A stretch of 64,000 bases of DNA from Octopus vulgaris (lineage: Eukaryota). The position numbers and the translations under genes were made by a program. Location: contig OX597832.1 of assembly GCA_951406725.2 (NCBI GenBank), forward strand, positions 10,106,001 to 10,170,000, read 5' to 3'. Shown piece after piece: positions 14,714-26,722 of this stretch. Under the pieces are notes generated by a model, which was not told where the DNA came from, did no database searches, and was given only the letters and a program-made list of their open reading frames with translations. The stretch's first letter is position 1. Every line of letters starts with the position of its first letter.

Positions 14714-16240
14714 TCTCTTTATATAAAAGAGATGTCTTTGTATCTGTGTGTCTGACTGTGTGTGCGTATGATCGTTATGCATTTCAACATTTTTCAACTG
14801 ATTTCGCTCACACTTGACACACTGATATCTTATGCTCCAAGGGTGGTCATGACTTACTATATATTTTCCAGACACCCCGCCGATAACTGTTTAGAAAACT
14901 AGCTTTTGGCTATAACTCCCTGGTTGTCCGAGCGATTTCCTCCAAATTTTACACGAACATTACTCATGAATATAAGAATTGTTTTACTGACAATTGCTGT
15001 CAAGTTTATCTGCGTTATTACTGAACAATCCGCGAATGACTGCGTAAAAATAGTGTTTTTGCTAATAACTTCCGCCGTTTCCAACTCAATCGCTTAAAAT
15101 TTGCTACAAATATTAATCATGCTTTAAGGATTGTTTTAAACTTACGTTTGTGTCAATTCAATCTGCGCTGAATGGGAGAAGTCTACGAATAAATAAGTAA
15201 AATTCGGTTTATTGCCAATAACTTCTGTACTTCCAAAACATATTCGCTCCAAATTTGGCAAGATTATTACGCATGTTTAATTGACTAATATTTAAACTAA
15301 TATTTTGTCAAGATTATTCAAATTAAACTTCGAATTTACCGGATCAAACTTGGATTTTTGTTTACAACTTCCGTCGTTTACTCACACGCCAATGATTGTG
15401 GGACAGTTTTATGTGTGTACATTAGTGCTTACTTAAACCCCCACCCCAATTATGATGCACCACTTCAGTACAAACCACTTCAGCACAAACCCTCCGTTCG
15501 TAGACTGATAACAAGAGGTGTACTACCAGCATGACGTTTTAACGTGTGGACATGAACACTATTAATGCACAAACACTCCGTTTTGATCAGTGTACACGAG
15601 TGTTTATTTAAACCCCCACCAATTATCGCCTATGGCCATGATGCCCCCACTTCAGCTTCTTGTTTGGTGTGAATGACTAATTTATCACGTCCTTAGTTTT
15701 TACTCACACCCCACCGCCATTATCACCGACGATCAGAGTGCCCCCTTTTCAGCACCATTTTCTTTAATGAAATTATGTCAATGATCTGCCAGTAAGGGGT
15801 GAACTGCGAACACGACCTTTTGCCTTTGCGCGTGGACACTATTGATTGTCCACCGTAATGTGCCCGTCCAATCAATCCTTTGACTACATTTCATTGGTGG
15901 AACACTAATCATGTCAGTGTCAAATTATAATTATTGGTGCGCATATGTGCATATCTGATACGTGTTTCGACTTACAGGTTAGGCCTACCATTTGCCGTGC
16001 ATTATTGCTTTAACTTCATAATTTCTGTGGGAATATTCCGCTGTCCCCATACTCAACATATCTAACTCTTTTATACTGTTGCAGCTTTCCATATTTTAGC
16101 TTACGTGTCGTTAAAAAACATCGTATTCAGTGTCTTGTGTCCACATATTTAACTGTCTGTCCCTGCTTACACTGTTTTGAATAATATGTTTTAGTTAAGG
16201 TTGTATGAACAAAAGCCCAGTGCAGGGCTACATCAACCGT
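14714..16240 (+). mobile_element. Probable non-autonomous Helitron with internal ~150-bp tandem repeats
   Basis: The A|TCTCTTTATATAAAA start resembles the Helitron at 47196, with a similar 'gtctgtgtgtctg...caactgatt..acttgacacac' 5' segment. A subterminal hairpin agccc-agtgca-gggct lies at 16214-16229. There is no clean CTAG, so the 3' end is uncertain. Confidence 0.55.
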
Positions 16241-16535
16241 GAGTGTTACACCATTTGAGAACGCATTAAAGCCCTTCCTGGACTTCGAATCAAACTGTTA
16301 CCGCTTGGCTTCAGCTGTACCAAGTGACCAACTTTATTACAATTTGCGACATTCCTTTCACAATTTTGTTACACTAAGCGACCAATTCTGTTACAAATTT
16401 GTGTTAACGTTATGTATGACATAGGAAATTTACTAATTATCAAAAACATTGCAGTATTTTAATACCAAGCACTGATGGTTACTTCAGCGAGTATATTATA
16501 TTAGAGGAAAAAGACTTACATACATACATACATAC

Positions 16536-16773
16536 TGTTATGCGGCAATACTACACAGTGGCTGTGTGAGCATCTCATCCTCGTCGCCATTGTTATATTG
16601 CACGTTCGGATCCCTTCTACTCAACAATACTCAGCTCTAGTCTGTGCTAGTCTCTACTCCTCTAGTCTACCCAAATGTTCTCTGACTCTGCTACTCTACT
16701 CTGACGTCTAGGCTTCTCCCACAATAACTACGTATTGGGCTAGCCTATTTCATCGTCTGGGGGCGTCCACACA
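16536..16773 (-). mobile_element. Gypsy-like LTR plus tRNA-Ser primer-binding site (mini-remnant)
   Basis: TG...CA LTR at 16773-16591, then 1 nt, then TGGCGACGAGGATGAGAT (16589-16572), complementary to the tRNA-Ser(GCU) 3' end. The unit has TG/CA termini and a 4-bp 'atac' duplication inside a (TACA)n tract. Confidence 0.7.
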
Positions 16774-16777
16774 ATAC

Positions 16778-16815
<38 letters not shown>

Positions 16816-17060
16816 GCATATCTCCTCATCTACACACCCGCATTCCACCTGGAGTACTACTGGATACACAAATGGATTTCACTGGCTTCTTCCGTTCATG
16901 AAAAATCGCTACAATACACCAAGACGTTTAAACCTTTTTGAACCTTCCCGAACGTTAAACTAATACAATGGTTTGTTGTTTATATACCTCTCTCTGTATT
17001 TTGTCTATCAGTTAATTCCAGCTATATACAGACATACACACACATACACACACATCACAC

Positions 17061-17132
<72 letters not shown>

Positions 17133-18241
17133 GAGGGAGAGAAAGGGCTCAGGCGTCATCTCGGAGGTACAGGGTCCTATTGGTTGCAGCTGTTTGACTG
17201 CAAATTTTGGCCGTCTTCTAAGCTGTTTTCGCAGCCTTTGAAATTAAATTCATATTTCTTACAGTGTTCCTATGATGGCTGTTTATTAATACTGAGCGTA
17301 TATTCAGTTGGGGATTTATCTAACTAATATTTGACCTCCATATCATCGCAAACATGTAATGCAATTTTTGGAATAACTGATATATTTGACCATGAAATCA
17401 AATGTTATTTACCAGGTACGCATACATTTCGGCATTCTTATGCCTAATCATATTACACTAACACCAAAACAAAGTGCATTCATCTATGCATGTGTATATA
17501 GTTTCCACTGTTGCATTATATCATGCGGCAGTTCTGGAATAATTACAGGACGCCTGAAAATGGTGTTGTGGAAAGTTCGAAACCCATGACATTTTTTGCT
17601 GAAGAAATTAAAGACTATAATTAATTAACGAATGTTCTAGCCTCAAAACAGAGAAACATTTCTATAAACAACAGAGTGCAAACTGACGAATTCTTCCGAG
17701 ATCCTGGTGTATTCGACTTGGAACGATAATGGAATCATTATGACACTAATTAAAATTAAAAGAAAAAAAATCCCTCGAAGTATCGTACCCAACATGTTTA
17801 AACAACTTCGCCAAACGCAGATACAAAAATATTTTAGCGCCTATAGAATATAAGAAATTTTGTGAGTCTAAATCCATTTCGTGTCTCTCAAGGCTGTAAT
17901 GAATTAAGGAAACACATGAAAGTCGAAACCGTGTAAATGTTCTCGATTAACATCATAAGATCTTGTGTATACTCAAAGAAAACAAATATATGAAGCGATA
18001 TCGATTTATTGTAGTCATACGTAACAAGTACAGCGATATCTTCATTTTGCCAAAGAACATAAATTATCAATACTAACGAGAAAATAATTGAGACGTCTAC
18101 AAACATAATGACTTCATAGGATATGAATACACATATATACATCAGTGTTGCAAACACATATGAAAGAAATCATAAATTAATTATCATCCAAACAGTGTCC
18201 AAACACTGTCCTACAGACAGAGAAATGTTATTACCGACACA

Positions 18242-18349
<108 letters not shown>

Positions 18350-18512
18350 TAATTTGTAGTACCCGTATATATCTCTACATATATTAATATACAAACGTGT
18401 TTACTTGCCTTTCTATTGTTCTTTGTATCCCTAACTACATATATGTATATGTGTGCGAACCTTCATGCCTGTTTATCAGTGTGTCTGTGGGTCTGTGTGC
18501 GTGTCTGAATGT

Positions 18513-18683
<171 letters not shown>

Positions 18684-19539
18684 TGTGCATGTGTGTGTCT
18701 GTGTATTTACATTTATTCCACCATTCCTCACTATCTTCAACAACAAATTTTATTCATTAACGGATACATGCATTTCCATCCCTTCGTCGAATCCAACAAT
18801 TTTCGGAATATTTTCTTTCATCTTTTGGCAATTAGTCGCTTATATATCACATATTACGTTTCACCACATACATTCTACGACTCCATTGCAATCTTTCTCA
18901 ATGAAACGCTTTTCATACTATACTTTCTGACCTGTCGATAATTTGCTAACTCTATTTGTCAACTAACGTATATCCAGCTATCTAGATATTTTAGAATATA
19001 CACACATCTCTGATAACGTCACCTCTTCCACGGTTTTCTTTCAATGTATGTCTCTCTACCAAACTCCACCTAATGTTTGAAGTATATCTCTTTATCACTA
19101 CGTCCATATACAAATACATCTACTCCTATATAAATATATATATATATATTCAGACATACATAGAAACGCACATACAATTATAGGTACTGGATTTATTGCA
19201 TATATAAAGAGATTGACAACATGTTTCTCAGGGAATGTTCTAGTGTTGTAGACCCTTTTGATGAGAATCCATTAATGGCTAAAAATCGATGAAAGCAGTT
19301 CAATGTTTTTAGTAATCTATGGAGAGATAGTTACATCTGCCACGTTTCTATAACTCCTACATAAGTACATATGTATATATGTGTGTGCATCTGAGCTTGT
19401 GTGCGTGTGCGTGTGTATCTGCGTGTTATTGTGTGTGTACATGTATATATGATGGGCGCAGAAGTGTCACTGAGTGTGCTAACATATCCAACGTTATATA
19501 TCCGTGTAAACATTCAGAGGGTTCAAAACGTCGAGTGCG

Positions 19540-19800
19540 GGAGCATTTTTGGTATGGACAAAGGATTGCACGCCGCTGAATGCAGTTTTCACATCAAAAA
19601 TCTATGACACTAGTGGCTAAACAAGAGTTGAGTCAACCAGAAAAAACACTACGCTTCACGTTTACTTACATGAGTTTACATTCTTCTAGAAGGTCGTTCT
19701 GCGAGTTCAGCCATAGCTGGGACTGTGACAGACCCTACTATTCAGACACCGTTGAGAGTCTGGAAAGGGTGCGGCTGAAAAGAGTTAGAGGATCCTTAAA
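19540..19800 (-). mobile_element. Degenerate SINE family A-like copy
   Basis: Eroded matches to the family A body (cagtttt..caaaaatct..cac, agaaaaaacact). Confidence 0.4.
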
Positions 19801-19907
19801 CTTCGCAAATATCAGTACCAGTGCCCAACTATTCGATGCTCTATAAAATCAAACCCAGAACACTATACTTATATACATACATATCTATATTTCTTTTTAT
19901 CTACCTA

Positions 19908-19942
<35 letters not shown>

Positions 19943-19977
19943 ACATATATATATATAAGAAATAAGAAACGTTTAGA

Positions 19978-20021
<44 letters not shown>

Positions 20022-20075
20022 TATATATATATATATATAAAGATATATATATATAAGAAATAAGAAACGTTTAGA

Positions 20076-20152
<77 letters not shown>

Positions 20153-20154
<2 letters not shown>

Positions 20155-20472
20155 TAGAGGAAAAGGACATCACGACAACCAAGACAGGAAGCGTATATCA
20201 GATCATTTATAATTAGTGTAAGGTTAATTTGAAGTCTTACAGCTGTTTTTAGGATATCCCAATTGATAGGCTAGCTTGTCTGAATATCGGCTATTCTCTC
20301 ACGATAGACAAAATGAGTAATATGTTAGTTCTAGACAGGGAAGGAAGTGATAGAAACATAAAGAGTAAAAGAAGATATAAAGATGCAGGCAGGGTAATAA
20401 AAGTTCACAATTCATAATTTTGCAGAGGATATGGCGGTTCCTCCGTACTTCTCTGGAGGTAAAAACCTTGAG

Positions 20473-20475
<3 letters not shown>
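20153..20475 (-). mobile_element. Penelope pLTR-like module with decayed hammerhead
   Basis: The minus strand reads gtct-[ATCGTGA]..tatcct-AAAAA-cagctg-TA-agac (20309-20234), with a perfect stem I and palindromic stem III. It ends in ttttcctctaat at a (TA)n tract and is inverted relative to the adjacent PLE RT. Confidence 0.55.
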
Positions 20476-20526
<51 letters not shown>

Positions 20527-20869
20527 TGTATGTATATAAATAGATAGATAGATACATACATACATACATGCATACATAGATATATGTGTTTGTGAGTATG
20601 TATGTATCTATATATAGATTGTTTGAAGCTGTGTACAGATATTGTGTATTAAGAAGCAGGAAGAAGTCAGAATTTTGGATGAGTTTAGGAAGGAAAGAGC
20701 ATTATAGAAATCTTCGAAAATAAGGATGTAAAATGAAGGATTTTCAAAGATAAATCCTACTTCACCCGCAAGAAATATAAAAAAAAAACGTTTAGATGCA
20801 TATAGAGGCACAATTTCGAAATTTCACTTCCGTACATGTAACTGCAAACGAAAGGGAAAAAGGAAGCCT

Positions 20870-21712
20870 TCCTAACACTGAAAAATGACGATTCGATCAT
20901 ACTAAAAGCAGCCGATCAGGGAGGGACTATAGTAATCATGGACAAAGACTACTATAAAGATAAAATACTTGGAACTTCTAACAGACGAAACATACTGGAA
21001 TGAAGAACCAAGACAACCGGGAAAAGCAATAATGAATAAAATAAAAGCGCTAATTAATGAATACCAATATTCCTTCACAGAGAAGGAGAGAACTTATTTA
21101 TGCAAAAGTGTAATGTACGCATTACCGAAAATCCACAGAAGCCCCGAAAAAGAGTGAGCCAGCATCGTGAAGAGGGATCAATACATACAAATACTAAGTC
21201 CTACTTACTTAACACTGAGACCAATAGTTACAGGACTTAAAACACGAACACAACAACTGAGTCATTTCATGGACATACTACTAAAATAGTTAAGCCCTTT
21301 CATACCCGGATTTATATGGGATGGCATAAATTTCCTCCACTTACTGTCACAGTATTTTCAAACACTTACAAACTTTGATGTTACCAATTATTATAACAAT
21401 ATACCAGACACTTTGGGCCTAGAAGTTGTCAAACTGTAGGTAGAGTAACACAGTGGACAGATAAATGAACGCTTCAAAACTGATTACATCACCAAAGCCA
21501 CACAAAATGTACTAGAAGAAAACAGCTTTAACTTCGCTAAAAAAACCACATAAACAGATAAAAGGGCACGGCTATGTGGATGCGGTTTTCACCATCATAT
21601 GCTAACATAGACATGGGATACTTGGACAAAGAGCCTTATGAGGAAATAGAGAGCACTATTAATCAGGATTGCAAGAGATACGTCATTATAAAGTGGAAAC
21701 GTTTCCTCGATT
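20870..21712 (+). mobile_element. Penelope-like element reverse transcriptase, pseudogenised
   Basis: Motifs IILKAADQGGTIVIMDKDYY, YALPKIH, LRPIVTG, FDVTNYYNNIP, ENSFNF, KQIKG-TAM..FSPSYANI.MG and WKRFLD, interrupted by stops and frameshifts. Confidence 0.85.
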
Positions 21713-22175
21713 TTCAGTATGTTTTAGATCCGATGTAGTGATTTCCTTTTGCTTTTTCACACAAACTGACCCATCGTCATCGAAATAAGACTTACATCAG
21801 ATGTCTTCGAGGACTGTTCCTTCTGACACATGGAGATATTTTGCAATTGATATCGAGGACTCTCTGATAAATTCAGTTGTTCTGATGAATTCAGAACGGT
21901 CATAATGTTTTTTTTTTCTGCTTTGATACTGGTGTAATGTTTCCATCTTCAATCCCTAGTCCCTTGCAAACTTTGCAAACGAAAGATCTGGCAACTTTTA
22001 AAGATCGAGATATTTCTAAATCGCTATATTCAGCCTTTTATAACCACAAAAAAGAGCATGCCTGTTTCATTCTTGAATAAGCTGATGGTCTGCCAATAAG
22101 AGTTTTTGAAACAAATGATATACAGAGTTATACAAAAATGTAGCAATGCCCCCCACATACCTTAGGCACCTTGTT
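21712..22175 (-). mobile_element. Tc1/mariner (maT/DD37D-like) 5' fragment
   Basis: Minus-strand peptide ..AEYSDLEISRSLKVARSFVCKV..GNITPVSK..RSEFIRTTEFI..SIAKYLHVSEGTV (paired HTH N-terminus). A terminus-like ACAAGGTG sits next to a TA run at ~22175. Confidence 0.7.
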
Positions 22176-22218
22176 TATATATGTGTATATATATAAATAC
22201 ATATATATACATGCATAT

Positions 22219-22538
22219 ACTGAGGACTGCCAACATCTGTGTGGACACGTGGGGGGAAACAGCTGCTGACCGCTCTGCCTGGCGTCGGACGGTGAGGAAA
22301 GGCGTTTCCATGGCTGAGGAGAGGAGAGCACAGCTGTGGTTGGACAGGCGGGACAGGAGGAGGACAACTGCAGCAACACCCCACACGTACCCATCGATGT
22401 TCGTGTGCAGCAACTGTACCAAGGACTGCCACTCTAGAATTGGACTGTTCAGTCACAGCAGACGCTGCACATCATCAAAGTAGGCCCCACCCTTGGCGCA
22501 ACCCATTGTCTATCAAGACAGACGGGGATAAAGAAAGA
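22219..22538 (+). mobile_element. RTE/BovB-clade LINE 3' end
   Basis: WGETAADRSAWRRTVRKG..FVCSNCTKDCHSRIGLFSHSRRC-stop is the typical RTE C-terminus, followed by a short 3' UTR. Confidence 0.9.
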
Positions 22539-22643
22539 TATATATGTATATGAAATTATATACATCTCTTTCTGTCTCTCTGTCTCTGTCTGTCTGTCTC
22601 TCTTTTTGTATACACACACACACACACACCTCAAACACACACA

Positions 22644-22674
<31 letters not shown>

Positions 22675-23120
22675 CTTATGTGTATGTAAGTGCGTTGGTA
22701 TTTATGAAATCTCAGACATTTGAGTTGTCCTTCATGGCCCCTATCCCTCCGCTTACCTTTATCCATTTAACCCCGTCTAACGTCGCATTGTTTGAAAATA
22801 ATTGAATCCTAATAGCACTGCTTGGCTGCGATCCAGGCGAATCAACATTGTACTAATAATACCATAGCCATAGATCTATAGACGCGCTTCAACAACATCT
22901 AATCTATTATATAACAATTCTCTGGTAAACCACACAATACATTGGAAAGTCTAGTGAAGCAAAATAGGTAATTAATACTTCAATTGTAGCAGGATCTTAC
23001 GTTACGTGTTTGTGCAAATGAAATAATGTCAACAATGGAAAGTGAACTAATGTATACAGTAGGGACTTTGAAAGGGAAAAAAATATCAGTTGTACTGGAG
23101 TTATTATTATCATTATTAAT

Positions 23121-23320
23121 AAGGCTTCGTCGTTATCACACCAGAGAAAACGTTTAGAGCAATGTCGTTGCTCTCTATGTTCTGAGTTCAAATTCCGCGA
23201 ATGCCGACTTCGCCTTTCACCCTTTCTGAGTTGATAAAACAGGCACCAGTTTAACACTGCAGTCGACGTAATCGAATTACTCCTTCCCACAAATTGCTGA
23301 CCTTGTGCAAAAATATGAAG
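23121..23320 (+). mobile_element. Degenerate SINE family B
   Basis: gttctgagttcaaattccg..gacttcgcctttcaccctttc..gataaa. Confidence 0.75.
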
Positions 23321-24311
23321 CTATTATTATTATTGTTGTTGTTTTTGTTGCTGTTGTTATGAATTCTGCGATCTGGCAGAATCTCTTCCGCACAGGGAAA
23401 ATGCTTAACAGCAATTTGACCGTCTTTATCCCCGTGATTAATTATTTTTGTCTTATTGCTGTAATTCCCGGAGTCTCGTATTCATATCAATGCCATTTGT
23501 TCTTTTAAACTATCTATGACTCTCCTGATAATTCTGGCCGTGCCAAAGAGGCAAAACACCTGTAATATTTCTACTGGGTACTCTTTTCGGTTTCCATTAT
23601 ACTCTTCTTGATACCTTCTAAATGTACCCAGGGCCCAAAAAATGATTGGCCCTATCTTCACCTTCATTTACCATAGCCGAGTTATTTCGTACTTAAGCGG
23701 TTTCTGTTATGATTGCAGTTGTATCTTTATATAACTCTTATATTCAAATTACGCCGGAGGTGATTTCTGTTTCATTCAACCAGGAAAGATAATCATGTCA
23801 TGCACCAAAATAATACAGAAAATTATGTATATTGTTGCTTCTTACTGCTTCTTACAGACTGACATCAAATATCACCCAATTTCGTATGCGATAAATGAAA
23901 ATAACGGATAAGTACCTTGATCTGATATATCGAGTATCCACTCGCCTCAAATTTACTGGGGTTTTTTTGCCATGATAAGATGCCATTATTTTCAATGTTG
24001 TTTTTATTAACGCTATTTTTTCTGTAGTTGTTCTCTTGTTTTTCTTTCGTAGCCTCTTCCATTCATTTTATTTTCCGATTCATATTTTAGGAAAACTGTC
24101 TAAGAATGTAAGAGAAATGGTCATTCCAATTCCTCGCTCATTCCACAAAGTATGAGCTTCAAGTAACAAATTCGAAACACTCAAAATGGCTTTCCACAAT
24201 ATCATCCTTTCCTCCTTACCAACACGCATGAATGTCGAAAGGAATTTAGAAGATGAATCTATATTCACCATCATCGCATTTCATCATGTAGCAAAACAAT
24301 GTTATGTTTAG

Positions 24312-24382
24312 CAGTAGGCAAACATAAGTATCAGTAGGCAAACATAAGTATCAGTAGGCAAACAAAAGTATCAGTAGCAAAC
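24312..24382. repeat. 20-bp tandem repeat, ~3.5 copies
   Basis: cagtaggcaaacataagtat x2, a one-mismatch copy and a partial copy. Confidence 0.9.
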
Positions 24383-24559
24383 TAACAACAAAAAAATAGA
24401 AAATAAAATGCAACATATCCAATTGATGGGCAATGTTTGCAGTGGTTGCAAAAAATTCGGTTCAGTTTCCTCGAATAAATATATCAATAATTAATTAAAG
24501 CAAAATAGCATGCCATGGTAAAACAACGTCTGCTAGACGCAGGCGTATAGAAAACACAT

Positions 24560-26400
24560 GTAGGCATATATTTTCAGAGGCAAAACGGGACGGGCATACT
24601 ACATCTGGAGGAGTTGTATCTAAAAAGTATCTGGGTTGACATTGACAGCATCAAGAGTTCCAGCAAAATCATCTGTATGCAAGTGAATGCTTGCTCAGAT
24701 ACCTTGATACACATACATCCTTCGTACCACTTATGAGTGAGGAATCAAGCGGATGCAATTTTGTTTTTGTGGTATAGAGGAATTAGAATACATCTTGGAA
24801 ATATTCATTCCGAACTACATTTTTGATAAGTGTGGAAAGTTTTGTAAGGAACGCCTGAAACATAGTGTTACAAAGAAAACTATTTCACGTCAATCTGAGA
24901 CAAGAGATAAGATTTTTGATTTCGGAAAGATCCCAATTTGTTTACAATATACAGATGGTCATCAGGAAAGGTCAGAGATGACATAATTTTGGGAGCATTG
25001 ATTTCTTAAATATATTCTGCCTTAAATAGCAATTGAAAGTGACAGCATATGTCAGCTTTTAATTAGTGATAACGCCATTATGAACAGTTATGATAAGAGT
25101 AGCGACTACAACAAAATGTGCGATAGAAACATGAAAGACGTGCAAAGTAACACCAATAAGAAAAGCAGCAAACACAATTTTTTTCCGCATTACCTGACTT
25201 TTGCATCACAGAGAGTTGTGATGTCATTAGGAACAGAAATTCGAAATTATGAACATATTTTACACAATTTTCTTATGAAAACACCTAGAAGCAGCCCAAT
25301 GGACGGAATATTTTTGCTTCACATACAATGATGTAATTGAGTCTTCCTCACCTACATATTCTTTGTCTATTACATTTTATTTTTATTTTTGCTCTGGTGT
25401 TAAGGGTGCTTCACTTGTCCAGCGCTGTATGCAGTGACCTCTTCTTATTGACAACAAGAATATCCGCTTCGGTTTGCTCTTTTCTGTATTTATATTTTAT
25501 AGGAAAAATCCAGATCTACGACATCCAATCGTTTTTCGAGGTCTTACTTTTTATATTCCCACAACATATTCATAGATAGTTTCTCTGCATGCAAAACCAA
25601 ATTTCTTGCGAAAAGTTCGATATATAGACGCATCAATCTATGACGCCTACGTTTGTTCCATGCACACCACAAAACTGTTGACATTCTCATAAAATATGCA
25701 ATGCAGTCTCATGTGAATCATTACATATTCTGCATGTAGCAGTGAAATTATATGATTCAATCGAGCTCTTCAAGCAACTGACAGTGAGAGTTGTTCTTGT
25801 GCTACCAAAAATCATTCAATTTTCTCCTTTGGTAACTTTATGTTCAGTAATATAATGCTGCTTGTCAGCCAGTATCTCCGTGTTATTGCTTGTTTTACCT
25901 TTGGATGGAGACTTCTCTTCAAATTTCAAGTTTCTCTTATTGATTGTTCTACCTTTAATCACGTTTTTCGTAATGCAATTCAAATTTTCCAATGAGACTT
26001 TTTTATGTTATTATCACCTGAAAAGGAGATCCTGCTATTGGCATATTTAGAAAAATTGATTTCCTTTCAATAGATCTACTAATTAAGAAGCACTAATAAA
26101 CCATCTTCCTTAATCTAATTTTTCCAGAATTAACAGACCACAAAAAATTGGGGAAGCATTATTCTTTGCAATGCAAGTAAACTTGTCCCATTTCTATTGA
26201 TACCACAACATGATTGTAGCACTATTCATTAGTTCTACAAACACCCTGCATAATTTCGGCAATTGCTGCATATAATATCTGCACAATAATATACTATAAT
26301 CTGAGGATTTCCTACATCCCTTGTCACAAGATTTTTCTGCATCTCTAATCCGGGTAATAAACTTAACTTGAAGGTATGTATATTATGGTATGATCAACTC
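24560..26400 (-). mobile_element. Probable decayed hAT (Buster/Charlie-like) transposase relic
   Basis: Eroded minus-strand peptides such as HCQLLEEL and KVSLENL, plus a weak resemblance to the hATC C-terminus. Many stops. Confidence 0.35.
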
Positions 26401-26470
26401 GTTGTCTATAATATAGTTAGCAATAAGGATCCCAGTGAGATGTATCCTTATTATTATCATTATTATTGTT

Positions 26471-26686
26471 AGAAACGTTAGCACGCCGGGTGAAATGCGT
26501 AGCCGTATTTCGTCTGATTTTACGTTCTGAGTTCAAATCCCGCCGGGGTGGACTTTGCCTTCATCCTTTCGCGGTCGATAAATTAGGTACCAGTTACGCA
26601 TTGGGGTCGATGTAATCGACTTAATCCGTTTGTCTGTCCTTGTTTGTCCCCTCTGTGTTTAGGCCCTTGTGGGTAGTAAAGAAATA
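26471..26686 (+). mobile_element. SINE family B, 5'-truncated, ending in the TAT array that borders the Dong LINE
   Basis: High identity to 8659-8891. Confidence 0.9.

Positions 26687-26721
<35 letters not shown>

Positions 26722-26722
<1 letters not shown>

Noticed and set aside
24312-24382. Possible CRISPR-like array
   Set aside because: The 20-bp units are contiguous with no spacers, in a eukaryotic context.
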